From: a virus
Taxonomy: Duplodnaviria; Caudoviricetes
IMG/VR virus record: IMGVR_UViG_3300032216_001891
Coordinates: 64,001-128,000 of that record
Reading direction: 5' to 3' (one strand)
DNA: 64,000 bases
Position 1 is the first letter of the stretch. Each line of letters opens with the position of its first letter. Shown piece after piece: positions 10,126 to 20,654 of this stretch. Both the position numbers and the translations under genes were made by a program. The notes beneath the pieces are model-generated. The model saw nothing but the letters and a program-made list of their open reading frames with translations. It was not told the DNA's origin and searched no databases.

Positions 10126-11441
10126 TGGCAGATAACATAGAAGACTACTACAAAGATTACAATTACGGTGCACGTAAGCCGGTGTATATCAAAGAAGAAG
10201 CGTTACGCACAGATCAACTTGATAGACTGGTCAAGAGCAATGAGTTTTGTATGATTCCTTGGATACACATGCATGCTTTTCCCGATGGACGTGCCTATCC
10301 CTGTTGTTTAAGTGAGCCCGGACATCCCATTGGAAATCTTAAAACTCAAACCATGCGAGAGATTTGGAATGATGCACCGCTAAAACAAATGCGAGTCAAC
10401 ATGCTGAACAACACGCCGTCAAAAGAATGTACTAAATGTTACGAGCAAGAAAACAGTCGCTTGTTCAGCATGAGAGAAAGTGCCAACAAAAACTTTGGTC
10501 ACCACATTGGCCTAGTGGACAACACCCTGCCGGACGGTTCTTACGAAGATTTCAAACTGCGTTACTACGATATTCGCTTCAGCAACCTTTGCAATTTTGC
10601 ATGCAGAACCTGTGGTGGAATCTTCAGCAGTAACTGGTACAAAGACGAAAAAGCTGCAGGATGGGATCCCAAGCATCCACAGATAATGTATGCAGGCCGA
10701 GACAAGGGCGACATGTGGCAACAGATGCAAGAACACATTCCACATCTTGAACAGATCTATTGGGCCGGCGGCGAACCCTTGATCATGGAAGAGCACTGGA
10801 AAGTACTAGATGAGTTGGTTCGTCGTGAAATGTTTCATGTACGATTAATTTATAACACCAACTTCAGCGAACTTAAATTCAAAGGTCGAGACGTACTTGA
10901 AATGTGGAAACTGTTTGATTGTGTCAGTGTAGGAGCCAGTCTTGATGGCAGTTATGCTAGAGGAGAATACATACGTAAAGGTCAAGTGTGGAAAGAAACT
11001 GTAGAGAATCGTGAACGCATGTTGGCAATATGTCCCAATGTAGATTTTTATGTATCCAGTACTGTCAGCATGATGAATGTGTTGCATATCACAGACTTTC
11101 ACAGAGAGTGGGCGGATCTAGGTTTGTTACGTCCGATGGATTGGAATATTAATATACTGCAACACCCACATCGCTACAGAGTAGATGTACTGCCCAAACA
11201 TTTAAAACAACAGGCACAAGACAAAATTGAAGAACATCTGGCGTGGTTACGTCCCTTGGATACATTGTCTCGTGCCACATCGGGTTACGAGGGTGTTGTT
11301 AACTTTATGATGCAACAGGACAGCACACATGAACTAAAGAGTTTTTTCCATACAAACGATATTATTGATCGTGTACGCAATGAAGATTTTTTTAAAATAT
11401 TTCCGGAACTAAATGACATTCAGCAATACAAAACTACCTAG
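10125..11441 (+). CDS. Radical SAM protein with N-terminal twitch/SPASM domain
   Basis: CNFACRTC, AGGEP; CMIPW...PCC...IGNL...CTKC. Confidence 0.9.
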   Translation: MADNIEDYYKDYNYGARKPVYIKEEALRTDQLDRLVKSNEFCMIPWIHMHAFPDGRAYPCCLSEPGHPIGNLKTQTMREIWNDAPLKQMRVNMLNNTPSKECTKCYEQENSRLFSMRESANKNFGHHIGLVDNTLPDGSYEDFKLRYYDIRFSNLCNFACRTCGGIFSSNWYKDEKAAGWDPKHPQIMYAGRDKGDMWQQMQEHIPHLEQIYWAGGEPLIMEEHWKVLDELVRREMFHVRLIYNTNFSELKFKGRDVLEMWKLFDCVSVGASLDGSYARGEYIRKGQVWKETVENRERMLAICPNVDFYVSSTVSMMNVLHITDFHREWADLGLLRPMDWNINILQHPHRYRVDVLPKHLKQQAQDKIEEHLAWLRPLDTLSRATSGYEGVVNFMMQQDSTHELKSFFHTNDIIDRVRNEDFFKIFPELNDIQQYKTT

Positions 11442-12648
11442 TACCATATGTATGTTACCTTGGATCAGCGTGGAAGCCAGTCCCATGGGCACAGTGCGAC
11501 CTTGCTGTTTAGCACACGATGAGATCCCAGATGAGCACGGAGTCAAATACGATTTAAACAAGACCGATCTAGAGACTGTGTATAAAAGCCGATATATGCA
11601 GGAGTTACGTCAGCAATTTCGTGCAGGAGAAAAGCCTGCCACCTGTACACGATGCTGGGACGAAGAAGTTGCGGGCCGAGCTAGTAAAAGAATGCACACA
11701 CAGGTTCGATTAAAAGAAATGTATCCGCAAGTGGACTGGGCTAATGACGACCCTGATCAACTTTGGTTTGTTGATTTGAAACTGGGAAACATTTGTAATC
11801 TCAAATGTCGTATTTGCGGCTCGTGGAGTAGCAGCAAATGGGCCGAAGAAGAAATGGCATACTTGCCTGCCTCTGTAGATAAAAAATCACACATAGCCTA
11901 TACATGGTTACGACAAGGTGCATGGCCACGTAAGACAGAAACGTTCTGGGACAACATGCGAGAATTATTGCCCAACATACGGTATATAGAATTCACCGGT
12001 GGCGAACCCTGGTTAATCCAAGAACATTTTGATCTTTTAAAGTATGCAGTGTTGCGTGGACACAGCAAGAATATTGATCTACACTACAACACCAATGCCA
12101 CACAAGACCCCTCACAAGAACATTTTAATTTATGGGACGAGTTTGGCCGTGTGGATATTGCGTTTAGTATTGACAATGTTGGAGATAGATTTGAATATGA
12201 ACGCTACGGGGCAAAGTGGGATCAAGCAAATGCAATAGTTGACAAAATACATCGTTTTAGAACATTTCGCCACGGTGCTATTACTACACAGTTATGTTTC
12301 ACTATTAATATACAGAATGTTTACTATCTAGATGAGCTACTTGCTTGGGCCGACACAAAAAGGTTTGGCAGTGTATACTTTAACATGTTGCACAGTCCCA
12401 ACCATATGAGCATACAGAATATGACACCAGCCGCACGGGAATTAGTGTTGAATAAACTCAAAACAACCTTCTGGACTACGGACAAATACCAACAAGAAAT
12501 TGACAGTGTGATTCGATTTATTGAACTGGGCACAGGTAGTGATGGTGCAGAGTTTTTAAGACAGATGCAACAGACCGATGCGTATCGCAAGCAATGCTTT
12601 ACAGATACACATGAAGAAATAGCCAAGGCCATGGGATATGAAACCTAA
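11413..12648 (+). CDS. Radical SAM protein with N-terminal twitch/SPASM domain
   Basis: CNLKCRIC, TGGEP; CMLPW...PCC...CTRC. Confidence 0.9.
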   Translation: MTFSNTKLPSTICMLPWISVEASPMGTVRPCCLAHDEIPDEHGVKYDLNKTDLETVYKSRYMQELRQQFRAGEKPATCTRCWDEEVAGRASKRMHTQVRLKEMYPQVDWANDDPDQLWFVDLKLGNICNLKCRICGSWSSSKWAEEEMAYLPASVDKKSHIAYTWLRQGAWPRKTETFWDNMRELLPNIRYIEFTGGEPWLIQEHFDLLKYAVLRGHSKNIDLHYNTNATQDPSQEHFNLWDEFGRVDIAFSIDNVGDRFEYERYGAKWDQANAIVDKIHRFRTFRHGAITTQLCFTINIQNVYYLDELLAWADTKRFGSVYFNMLHSPNHMSIQNMTPAARELVLNKLKTTFWTTDKYQQEIDSVIRFIELGTGSDGAEFLRQMQQTDAYRKQCFTDTHEEIAKAMGYET

Positions 12649-13621
12649 ACTTGTAGTTTTTTCTGGCAACAATAATCTAACAGTTCCCCAAGTGGAGCAA
12701 AATATTACTGAATCGTTTGACTTAGAGTTCTACGATCCCTTGGTCAATTATGATAAATTGTCCACAGTGTTTGCAGTAAATCAATTTCAATACCACAGCA
12801 ATAAAACATCTGTGGATGCCTTGATCAATGACGGGTACAAATTTGTATTTGAAAATCTACACGAACCCAATCCAATATTGACAGAATTTATAAATTATCC
12901 CAATATATTGTTTATGTTTGCATCGATCAACTGCAAAGTGCAGGGTGTTAATATGGTGCCTGTGCCTTTGTATTTTTGGTATTGCGAAAGCAAATCGTGG
13001 TCAGGCATGGTGCTAGATTATCGTACTCTTGAGCGACAACATCAATTTGAAAAAAAGTTTCTGCTCATGATGAATTATGCAAAAACTTTTAGAAATCAAA
13101 TATACAATAAATTTGCCGATATATTAGATCAATCACTACACAGTTATGTTGGCCAAGGCATAAGACTGCATGGAGACGTAGATTGCAACACACTGCATTG
13201 GGACAGGTATATCAATCCCGACTGGTACAATAAAACACAATTCTCCGCAGTGGTAGAAACTTGGATGCACACGGAACCAGGGGATATTTTTATAACAGAA
13301 AAATCAATGAAACCTTTTGCACTGAAACATCCTTTTATAAGCCTAAGCTGTAAAAATACCGTTGCTTTACTAAAACAAAGTGGTTTTGAAAGTTTTGAAA
13401 ATTTATTTGATGAGTCGTATGATGCTGTGGATTTGTATACCGACAGAATAGACAGTGTTTACCATCAAATACAATCTTATCAATCATTCAAAACCGACTA
13501 TGACACTGTTACAAAACAAAAACTAGAACATAATTACAATTGGTTTTACAACAGCCAAGAAGTGGATCTTAGGTATAAATCAGAAGTAATAAACCCAATA
13601 CTGGAATTTATAAATGCATAA
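12638..13621 (+). CDS. Putative GT-B-like glycosyltransferase
   Basis: VVET...FITEKSMKPF...HPFI...GFESF...DESYD; paralog of 20835-21950. Confidence 0.5.
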   Translation: MKPKLVVFSGNNNLTVPQVEQNITESFDLEFYDPLVNYDKLSTVFAVNQFQYHSNKTSVDALINDGYKFVFENLHEPNPILTEFINYPNILFMFASINCKVQGVNMVPVPLYFWYCESKSWSGMVLDYRTLERQHQFEKKFLLMMNYAKTFRNQIYNKFADILDQSLHSYVGQGIRLHGDVDCNTLHWDRYINPDWYNKTQFSAVVETWMHTEPGDIFITEKSMKPFALKHPFISLSCKNTVALLKQSGFESFENLFDESYDAVDLYTDRIDSVYHQIQSYQSFKTDYDTVTKQKLEHNYNWFYNSQEVDLRYKSEVINPILEFINA

Positions 13622-14903
13622 ACCCAATACCTTGTGCATGGCCGCTTGGTGCCACACTTATCTAAGTCCGCAAACAGAGAGAAGAATGTGCTGTGCATCA
13701 AGAGAACCAGCACAGAACTTTGAGCAGTACATAGACACCGCCGCTGGCACAGGTGAGTATCGACCCATTACTTTAGACGAACACTGGAACAGTGATCACA
13801 TGCGGAGTGTGAGACGTAGAATGATGGCGGGAGAAACCTTGCCCGAGTGTGCGGTATGTAACGATCAACTGCTCAACACTGATGTTTACCGCAGTTATTT
13901 CAACAACATGTTTGGCCATAAGTATGAATATGCAATGGCAAACACAGATGCCGAAGGATATACAACTGTAAAGCCGGTGTCGTGGGATTATAGATTCAGT
14001 AATCTTTGTAATTTTAAATGTCGTATGTGTGGTGATATGTTGTCAAGTGCGTGGGAAACAGAACAACGCCAACACAACATGATTGACTACACAAATACAA
14101 AAAACAATTGGATGCGACCCGAAGTTAAACAACAAATTACTCAGTTTCAAGACACACAGATTGAAGCAGAATTCAGTGAGGCAGTGGAACAGCATAGAAT
14201 AGAAGAAGTATATTGGGTAGGTGGCGAACCGTTGATGTATGAACAGCATTGGCGGTATATGAAAAGAATAATAGAACTGGGAGACGGTAAAAATGTTTAC
14301 GCTAGATACAATACAAATCTCAGTAGGATTGATTATCGTGGTGTTAATCTCTATCGGGACATACTGTCTGGGCTACGTGACTGGCAAATCTGTGCAAGCA
14401 TCGATGGCACGGGAAGAATTGGAGAGTATATTAGAACAGGTCTTGATTTTACTCAGTGGCTTGAGAACATCCGCCAAGGAATTGCGATCCAACGTCATAG
14501 CCGCCAAATCCGTTTGGACTTCACTCTTACTACACCAGGACTCTTTGAAGTACAAGCGATACAAAAACTCGCGGAAGAACTAGGAGTAGAGGTATTAGCC
14601 AAAGTGGTTTTCAGTTTCACCCCTGATATTGTCATGAGCCCGTTGGCCTTACCCCGAGAGCTGTTGCATCCGTGGGTGGACGAAATCATCTCTGGTTTGA
14701 AGCCTGGTGCTTTGAAGGATATACTGGTACAACTGAAAAACCGGCCCACCTTTGCGGAACAATGGCCCCTTGAATATTCTGCAGGACTCAAACGGGGGAA
14801 AAATCGTATAGAAACTCTTGAATCTATCCGACGAGACGTGTATACTATGAAAGATATACTGGCAGAACGACCTGCGGTATTGACATGGTGGAATTCAATA
14901 TGA
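13614..14903 (+). CDS. Radical SAM protein with N-terminal twitch/SPASM domain
   Basis: CNFKCRMC, VGGEP; CMAAW...MCC...CAVC. Confidence 0.9.
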   Translation: MHKPNTLCMAAWCHTYLSPQTERRMCCASREPAQNFEQYIDTAAGTGEYRPITLDEHWNSDHMRSVRRRMMAGETLPECAVCNDQLLNTDVYRSYFNNMFGHKYEYAMANTDAEGYTTVKPVSWDYRFSNLCNFKCRMCGDMLSSAWETEQRQHNMIDYTNTKNNWMRPEVKQQITQFQDTQIEAEFSEAVEQHRIEEVYWVGGEPLMYEQHWRYMKRIIELGDGKNVYARYNTNLSRIDYRGVNLYRDILSGLRDWQICASIDGTGRIGEYIRTGLDFTQWLENIRQGIAIQRHSRQIRLDFTLTTPGLFEVQAIQKLAEELGVEVLAKVVFSFTPDIVMSPLALPRELLHPWVDEIISGLKPGALKDILVQLKNRPTFAEQWPLEYSAGLKRGKNRIETLESIRRDVYTMKDILAERPAVLTWWNSI

Positions 14904-15109
14904 TAACAGTAACGGTGCCTTATACACGAGACATAGTACTATATTCAGACATGCAAATATGGGCAATAGACCATTGCTCAAGTTTTTTAACATGTAATTT
15001 CATACACGACGAATTAGATAGAACCAATTGGCACACTGAGTTTCAGTTCTGTGACGAGGGTGAAGCGGCTTGGTTCAAATTAAAATGGGCAGGTTTAATC
15101 AATGAGTAA
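14900..15109 (+). CDS. Small hypothetical phage protein
   Basis: ATGA overlap with upstream stop; FxDExxAxWFKLKW ending. Confidence 0.6.
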   Translation: MITVTVPYTRDIVLYSDMQIWAIDHCSSFLTCNFIHDELDRTNWHTEFQFCDEGEAAWFKLKWAGLINE

Positions 15110-16181
15110 AGTTCAAATAGTACTACGCAATCCCCTACGCCATCAAGAACAGATAGACTACACCATTGTTGCCAATGACACTGAACTGGCACAGGATTGG
15201 ATTTCAGCTTTGAAACTGTTGCTACAGAGTGGAAAACTGCTGGAGAAGAATTTTTGCTTCATGGGCTTTCCCCGCACTGCTAGAAACTTGGATTATTTGT
15301 GCGGAGAATTAAATCAACATGTAACAACAATTAACAATTTTTTCTTTGACTATCAAATTGCAGAAACATACACGCCCGACACAGTGCGTGGACATGACTA
15401 TGCTGAAAATGGCATCAACCATGCAGTAATGAATACTTTACACAATCACTTTGAGCGATTGCAAGGCACAGTTGATGATCTAAGCACCTATTACCGAAAC
15501 GCAAATTATGACGTCAAGTATGCTATACGTCAGTTAAACAATCTTTGTCACGAAATGGAAGGTTTGATACTGAGTCAGCGTAAGCTGGCCACAGCACCCT
15601 ACTGGGTACGTCCCAGTCAGATCACCACATTCCTAAATGCCGACAGATACGATTTAAAGGATACTCACAGAACGGGATTTGTCACCAACGGATATGATCG
15701 AATATTGGGCGGTGTATACATGCACTGGACACAGATAGGTAAAACATTATTTGAGGTTTTCCGAGACGAATCGGCTCCACGATTAACAGCAGCAGTGTGT
15801 GAAGCTGTTACTGAATTACAATACTATTCAGGCGAGTTTGACGTAGAGTGGGGCAATGATATTGTACGCAACAGTGGGCATCCTTGGCACGACAAAGAGC
15901 AAAGTCATTTTGAGGCTTGGTTAATTGAAAATGGACGCGATCCCAAAGATCCCAAACTCAGTCTAGGATACTTGCCCTTGGGACAAGTAGACCTACGCAG
16001 TAGTTTTGGAACTGCTAAAAGTTCAGAAGTATGGGAAATATTATCAGCACACTTGGACATCTATCGTATAGAAGTCGACGGGGTATCACAGACATTTGAC
16101 TACTGCTGGAGTGATGCCAATTACCAACAACAGCAAATCAACATGATGAGGCCGGGGTATGATTATAGTAGCCGGGGATAG
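15102..16181 (+). CDS. Hypothetical protein
   Basis: 359-aa coupled ORF; LHNHFE and LCHEME His/Glu motifs suggest metal binding. Confidence 0.65.
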   Translation: MSKVQIVLRNPLRHQEQIDYTIVANDTELAQDWISALKLLLQSGKLLEKNFCFMGFPRTARNLDYLCGELNQHVTTINNFFFDYQIAETYTPDTVRGHDYAENGINHAVMNTLHNHFERLQGTVDDLSTYYRNANYDVKYAIRQLNNLCHEMEGLILSQRKLATAPYWVRPSQITTFLNADRYDLKDTHRTGFVTNGYDRILGGVYMHWTQIGKTLFEVFRDESAPRLTAAVCEAVTELQYYSGEFDVEWGNDIVRNSGHPWHDKEQSHFEAWLIENGRDPKDPKLSLGYLPLGQVDLRSSFGTAKSSEVWEILSAHLDIYRIEVDGVSQTFDYCWSDANYQQQQINMMRPGYDYSSRG

Positions 16182-16929
16182 TTTTGTGTATGGTAGCGAG
16201 TTAAAAGATGCTACAAAAACATTCCCCAAAATATTAGCACAGCAGTACGAGGATATATCTTGGCCCGGATATGCCAATGACAGCATAGCACGAACTACAA
16301 TAGAACGTTGCGAACAGGGCGGAGTCACAGGTGTGATTGTGAGTTGGACATTTCCGGGAAGATACGAATTTAGATTCGCATACAATACCAAACAAATAAA
16401 AAGTCCTTGGTATAGTATTAATGCATGGACAATAAAAGAAAATATAAAAGAAATTGAAGAAGAATTTATCACCAAGAATCAAAATATTCTTAATGCACAA
16501 ATAGATACCATTAATCGTGCAAGACAAACTGGTGTGGCTGAATTCGCTGATGCTTTTTACAAACACGTTGGTTCCACTGAATATTGGGAAATATACAGTA
16601 GTCTCAAAGAAATTGTATATCTGCAAAACTATCTTAAAATAAAATTAATACCTTTTATGTTTACCTGTGCTGATACTATATTATTTTATCATGCAACTAA
16701 ACCAGACAGTGTACTTGATAGTTTGTTTTATCAAATTGATTTTGATCATTGGTTTTTATTTCCTCCAGCAACTGAACCGCAAAACACCACAACACCAAGA
16801 GGTTTTTACCAGTGGGCCATAGAGAATAAATATCCAGTGGGTACCACACATCCACTAGAGTCAGCACATCAAGCAGCAGCCAACTTAATACAGGAGAAAT
16901 TCAATGAATTGGTTACGAAATTTATATAA
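16159..16929 (+). CDS. SGNH/GDSL-like protein
   Basis: GDSF block I, G...N block, C-terminal HP. Confidence 0.65.
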   Translation: MIIVAGDSFVYGSELKDATKTFPKILAQQYEDISWPGYANDSIARTTIERCEQGGVTGVIVSWTFPGRYEFRFAYNTKQIKSPWYSINAWTIKENIKEIEEEFITKNQNILNAQIDTINRARQTGVAEFADAFYKHVGSTEYWEIYSSLKEIVYLQNYLKIKLIPFMFTCADTILFYHATKPDSVLDSLFYQIDFDHWFLFPPATEPQNTTTPRGFYQWAIENKYPVGTTHPLESAHQAAANLIQEKFNELVTKFI

Positions 16930-17005
16930 CAGATTTGTATTAGAACGACGCTATCGCAAAAAACTCAAAGAGTTGCGTCGAAGAGATCCTTTTATTTACA
17001 AATGA
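16904..17005 (+). CDS. 33-aa basic peptide MNWLRNLYNRFVLERRYRKKLKELRRRDPFIYK (absent from ORF track)
   Basis: AGGAG RBS at 16892-16896; fills the gap exactly; ATGA overlap with next gene. Confidence 0.75.
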   Translation: MNWLRNLYNRFVLERRYRKKLKELRRRDPFIYK

Positions 17006-17670
17006 TCAAAAGTATACTAGCAGTGGGTGACAGTTTTACCTACGGTGATGAATTAACAACCACAGATGATGCTTATCCTTATCTTTTGGGGGGAAAGATC
17101 AACGCTCGAGTTGACAATCAAGCACGTCCGGGATCGGGTAACACTCGCATGATTAGAACTGTGATTGATCATGTGTCTCGTAACTGTCCCATGAATATTG
17201 ATTTGGCCGATTTGATCATCATAGGTTGGACCAGCCCGGGACGCATGGAATTTGCAGATGCCAGTGGTATCTTTGACGTATGGCCCGGGTACCCCGGACA
17301 CACATTTGATCGCGAAGGGCAACTGTGGCGACTGGAATTGATAGACTATGTAAATAAACACCATGATCCTCGGTATTTGTACCAACAATATTTGTTAAAT
17401 GTTATTATGTTACAGACTTTTTTAAAAAGTCACAATCAACGCTATGTCATGTTAACCACGGTGAGTAACGAATATTATCACAATACTTGTTATTCACAAT
17501 TCACACATCTAACACAATTAATAGACCCGGAGCATTATTTAGGATGGCCCCAACAGGGCATGGCCGAGTGGACACAGGGCTGTGCCCGCGGACCCAGAGG
17601 TCATTTTTTAGAAGAGGGTCACCAACGAATAGCAGAGAGAATATACAAACATGTCAATTCTTGGAATTAG
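17002..17670 (+). CDS. SGNH/GDSL-like protein
   Basis: GDSFTYG, GSGN, C-terminal GHFLEEGH. Confidence 0.7.
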   Translation: MIKSILAVGDSFTYGDELTTTDDAYPYLLGGKINARVDNQARPGSGNTRMIRTVIDHVSRNCPMNIDLADLIIIGWTSPGRMEFADASGIFDVWPGYPGHTFDREGQLWRLELIDYVNKHHDPRYLYQQYLLNVIMLQTFLKSHNQRYVMLTTVSNEYYHNTCYSQFTHLTQLIDPEHYLGWPQQGMAEWTQGCARGPRGHFLEEGHQRIAERIYKHVNSWN

Positions 17671-19126
17671 TGCCGGCTTTCACGATGCCTCAGTGGCAGT
17701 GGTTGATACTGCGGGCGAGATTCTGTTTGCTGCTCACAGTGAACGCTACAGTAAAATAAAAAACGACGCTGACATACACTGTGACTTGATATCCGAGTTG
17801 GCTCAGTGGAACATTGATCACATTGCCTACTACGAACGCCCGTGGTTAAAACAACTACGACAGTTGTATTCGGGTCAAGGTATAGAATGGAACAAACTAA
17901 CAACACGGCAAATACTTGATCAACAACTGCAAGGGTCTTTTGGTCAAGTCTCGGTCAGCACACACAGTCATCATTTGAGCCATGCAGCCGGCGGATTTCA
18001 AACCAGCCAGTTTGATCGTGCCACTGTAGTGGTGATTGATGCAGTGGGCGAATGGGACACAGCATCCATATGGCGGGCCGAATATAAAAATGGTCAAGCA
18101 CAATATCACAAATTATGGAGTCAGCGATATCCGCACAGCATAGGATTATTTTACACCGCCGCCACAGCCGAAGTGGGACTGCGACCCATGGAGGACGAAT
18201 ACATACTCATGGGCATGAGTGCATATGGCCAAGCCGCAGCCTCATCAGAAATGAAACAACAGCTGATCCTAGACACTTATGCAGTTAAATTTAAAGAAAA
18301 TCTCCACACCGGGTTACCTTCAAGTTATGTAGACTATTATGATCGAGAAGATATAGCTGCATCTGCACAGGTGGTTTGTGAAGATCTAGTATATGCAGTA
18401 ATGCATCGTGCCAAAAGTTTTGACTGGAGCGGAAATCTAGTGTATACTGGTGGTGTAGCACTCAACTGTTTGGCAAATAGACGTTTAGGAGATTATTTTG
18501 ATAACATTTGGATTATGCCTTGTCCCGGTGATGCTGGTAGCAGCCTGGGTGCGGTTGCTCTTAAATTTGGGAAAAGACTACACTGGCGTGATGCTTACTT
18601 GGGCCATGATATTCCTGGTGCTTATCCCGTTGATGCCGTTGTTGATCATTTGTGCAACAACAGCATCGTTGGTGTGGCTAGTGGTCGAGCGGAATTTGGA
18701 CCGCGGGCATTAGGCAATAGAAGTTTGTTGGCCGACCCTAGAGGTCAAGACATAAAGGATCGAGTAAATGCAATCAAACAGAGACAAAGATTTAGACCGT
18801 TCGCTCCGGTTGTTTTGGAGGAACACTGTAGTGAATATTTTGATATCCCTCGCGGCTGGAGTGACACTAGGTATATGCAACTCGTCGGCAGTTGTAGGAG
18901 GCCTGACCTATATCCTGCTATTACCCATGTTGACGGTACTAGCCGTATACAGACTGTGCCACGAGACGGATCGGGAATCAGAAGAGTGTTAGAAGCATGG
19001 TATCAACGCACCGGTTGTCCCATGTTGCTCAACACCAGTTTAAACATACGTGGTGAACCCATGGTAAACGATCGACTGGATGCCGATCGATTTGAGCAAT
19101 CATATTCGGTAAAGGTATGCTCGTGA
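17651..19126 (+). CDS. Carbamoyltransferase (NodU/CmcH/TobZ family)
   Basis: HDAS, HHLSHAA, DAVGE, GGVALN, EFGPRALGNRS, FRPFAP, LLNTSLN. Confidence 0.95.
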   Translation: MSILGISAGFHDASVAVVDTAGEILFAAHSERYSKIKNDADIHCDLISELAQWNIDHIAYYERPWLKQLRQLYSGQGIEWNKLTTRQILDQQLQGSFGQVSVSTHSHHLSHAAGGFQTSQFDRATVVVIDAVGEWDTASIWRAEYKNGQAQYHKLWSQRYPHSIGLFYTAATAEVGLRPMEDEYILMGMSAYGQAAASSEMKQQLILDTYAVKFKENLHTGLPSSYVDYYDREDIAASAQVVCEDLVYAVMHRAKSFDWSGNLVYTGGVALNCLANRRLGDYFDNIWIMPCPGDAGSSLGAVALKFGKRLHWRDAYLGHDIPGAYPVDAVVDHLCNNSIVGVASGRAEFGPRALGNRSLLADPRGQDIKDRVNAIKQRQRFRPFAPVVLEEHCSEYFDIPRGWSDTRYMQLVGSCRRPDLYPAITHVDGTSRIQTVPRDGSGIRRVLEAWYQRTGCPMLLNTSLNIRGEPMVNDRLDADRFEQSYSVKVCS

Positions 19127-19806
19127 AAATTTTTACAGGCGCCAGCTGGGCTGTGGGGGAATTCGGAGTCAACGGTTTGTCTGGGCCCGGAATAATGCAA
19201 TACACTGCAATGCATGATCAAGTTGTAAATTTGTGCAAGGGAGCCTCGTCAAGTTATAGTCAAATAATAGAATTAAATAAGTTTTTAACTAGGTTCAGAA
19301 TTCAACCCAAGGATGATAGTGTTTATTGGTTAGTGCATAGTCCCTTGGTTGGTGTGCCTTTGCAACCGCAGCATCTGGGTCAACAGGGACTTGCGGCATC
19401 GATAGAAAAACTATTGATCGATCAGTTGTTGCATGCCAACGCCATAGCTGAAAAATATAAAATTACTATAAATTTAATTGGAGCCGCATGCGATTTAGAT
19501 TCAATCAACATTGATCAATTTAAAAATTTAAACATGTTGGTTCCCAGCTGGGGAAAATTGCTTGATGAATCTTATCCCTCGGCAATATTTTCTCATCAGA
19601 GCGATGAATTTGCTCGATTAAAAATACAATTGGAAAAAGAAAGACCGGATCTAATATCCGAATACGAACGTATTTCGGGCATGGCGTTTAGAAAAAGAAA
19701 ATTCATGCTGACTCGACCGGATAAATTTGCAAGTTTTCACCCCACCAGTCGGTCGCATCGACAGTTGAGAGACCACTTGTTCCCCGAATGGGCACACATA
19801 TTTTAA
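19117..19806 (+). CDS. SGNH-like protein (divergent)
   Basis: GASWAVGE block I variant; C-terminal HPxxxxH. Confidence 0.5.
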   Translation: MLVKIFTGASWAVGEFGVNGLSGPGIMQYTAMHDQVVNLCKGASSSYSQIIELNKFLTRFRIQPKDDSVYWLVHSPLVGVPLQPQHLGQQGLAASIEKLLIDQLLHANAIAEKYKITINLIGAACDLDSINIDQFKNLNMLVPSWGKLLDESYPSAIFSHQSDEFARLKIQLEKERPDLISEYERISGMAFRKRKFMLTRPDKFASFHPTSRSHRQLRDHLFPEWAHIF

Positions 19807-19814
19807 AGGACCCT

Positions 19815-20654
19815 ATGACACAAAGAATATTAATAATGGGCCTGCCGGGTGCAGGCAAAACCACACTGGCTGGTGCACTTAAAAAATACCTTGAAAAAAA
19901 TGGAACAATCAGTTACAGCCGTGCCCTAACAGAACCATTTGATTATACCGAGTGCCAAGTTAATTGGTTCAACGCCGATGATGTGCGTCGCAAGTACAAC
20001 GACTGGGATTTCAGCAATGATGGTCGCATACGACAAAGTCTGCGTATGTTTCAGTTCAGTATGGAATCGGGCGGCGACTACGTGATCTGTGACTTTGTAG
20101 CACCACTAGTGGCGCAACGCAACAACTTCAACGCCGACTGGACCATATGGGTAGACACTATTCGTGAAGGCAGATATGCTGACACCAATGCCATTTTCCA
20201 AGAACCCGAAGTGTACGATTTTCGTATCACCGAACAATCAGCAGAAAAATGGGCCGAGTTTATTGGCAGTCATATCATTGAGAATCGTCGTCGCCCACAG
20301 TGGGATCCTAAAAAAGAAACTGTACAGATGCTGGGCCGTTGGCAACCTTGGCATGCAGGACACCGTGCATTATTTGAAAGATTGATACAACGCACAGGGC
20401 AAGTTGATATTCAAGTACGTGATGTACAGGGATGGCAAGACAGCAATCCTTTCAGTTTTTTTGATGTTGTGCGTTTCATTGAACGAGATCTAGAACCCCT
20501 GTATCAAGGACAGTTTAACATTAGACTAGTGCCCAACATTGTACATATTGGCTGGGGCCGTGGGGTGGGATACACCTCGGGGGAAGAAACATTTGATGCC
20601 AGTATTACTGACATTTCGGCTACTAAAATAAGAAAAGAATTGGGATTAAAATGA
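19815..20654 (+). CDS. Adenylyl-sulfate kinase-like P-loop domain fused to HxGH nucleotidyltransferase domain
   Basis: GLPGAGKT, NADDVR, DFS..GRIRQ; C-terminal GRWQPWHAGH...ISATKIR. Confidence 0.8.
   Translation: MTQRILIMGLPGAGKTTLAGALKKYLEKNGTISYSRALTEPFDYTECQVNWFNADDVRRKYNDWDFSNDGRIRQSLRMFQFSMESGGDYVICDFVAPLVAQRNNFNADWTIWVDTIREGRYADTNAIFQEPEVYDFRITEQSAEKWAEFIGSHIIENRRRPQWDPKKETVQMLGRWQPWHAGHRALFERLIQRTGQVDIQVRDVQGWQDSNPFSFFDVVRFIERDLEPLYQGQFNIRLVPNIVHIGWGRGVGYTSGEETFDASITDISATKIRKELGLK

Noticed and set aside
7398-17005. RiPP cluster interpretation of the rSAM/SPASM array
   Set aside because: No leader/core precursor, protease or exporter is visible, and the context is sugar-modifying; downgraded, not excluded
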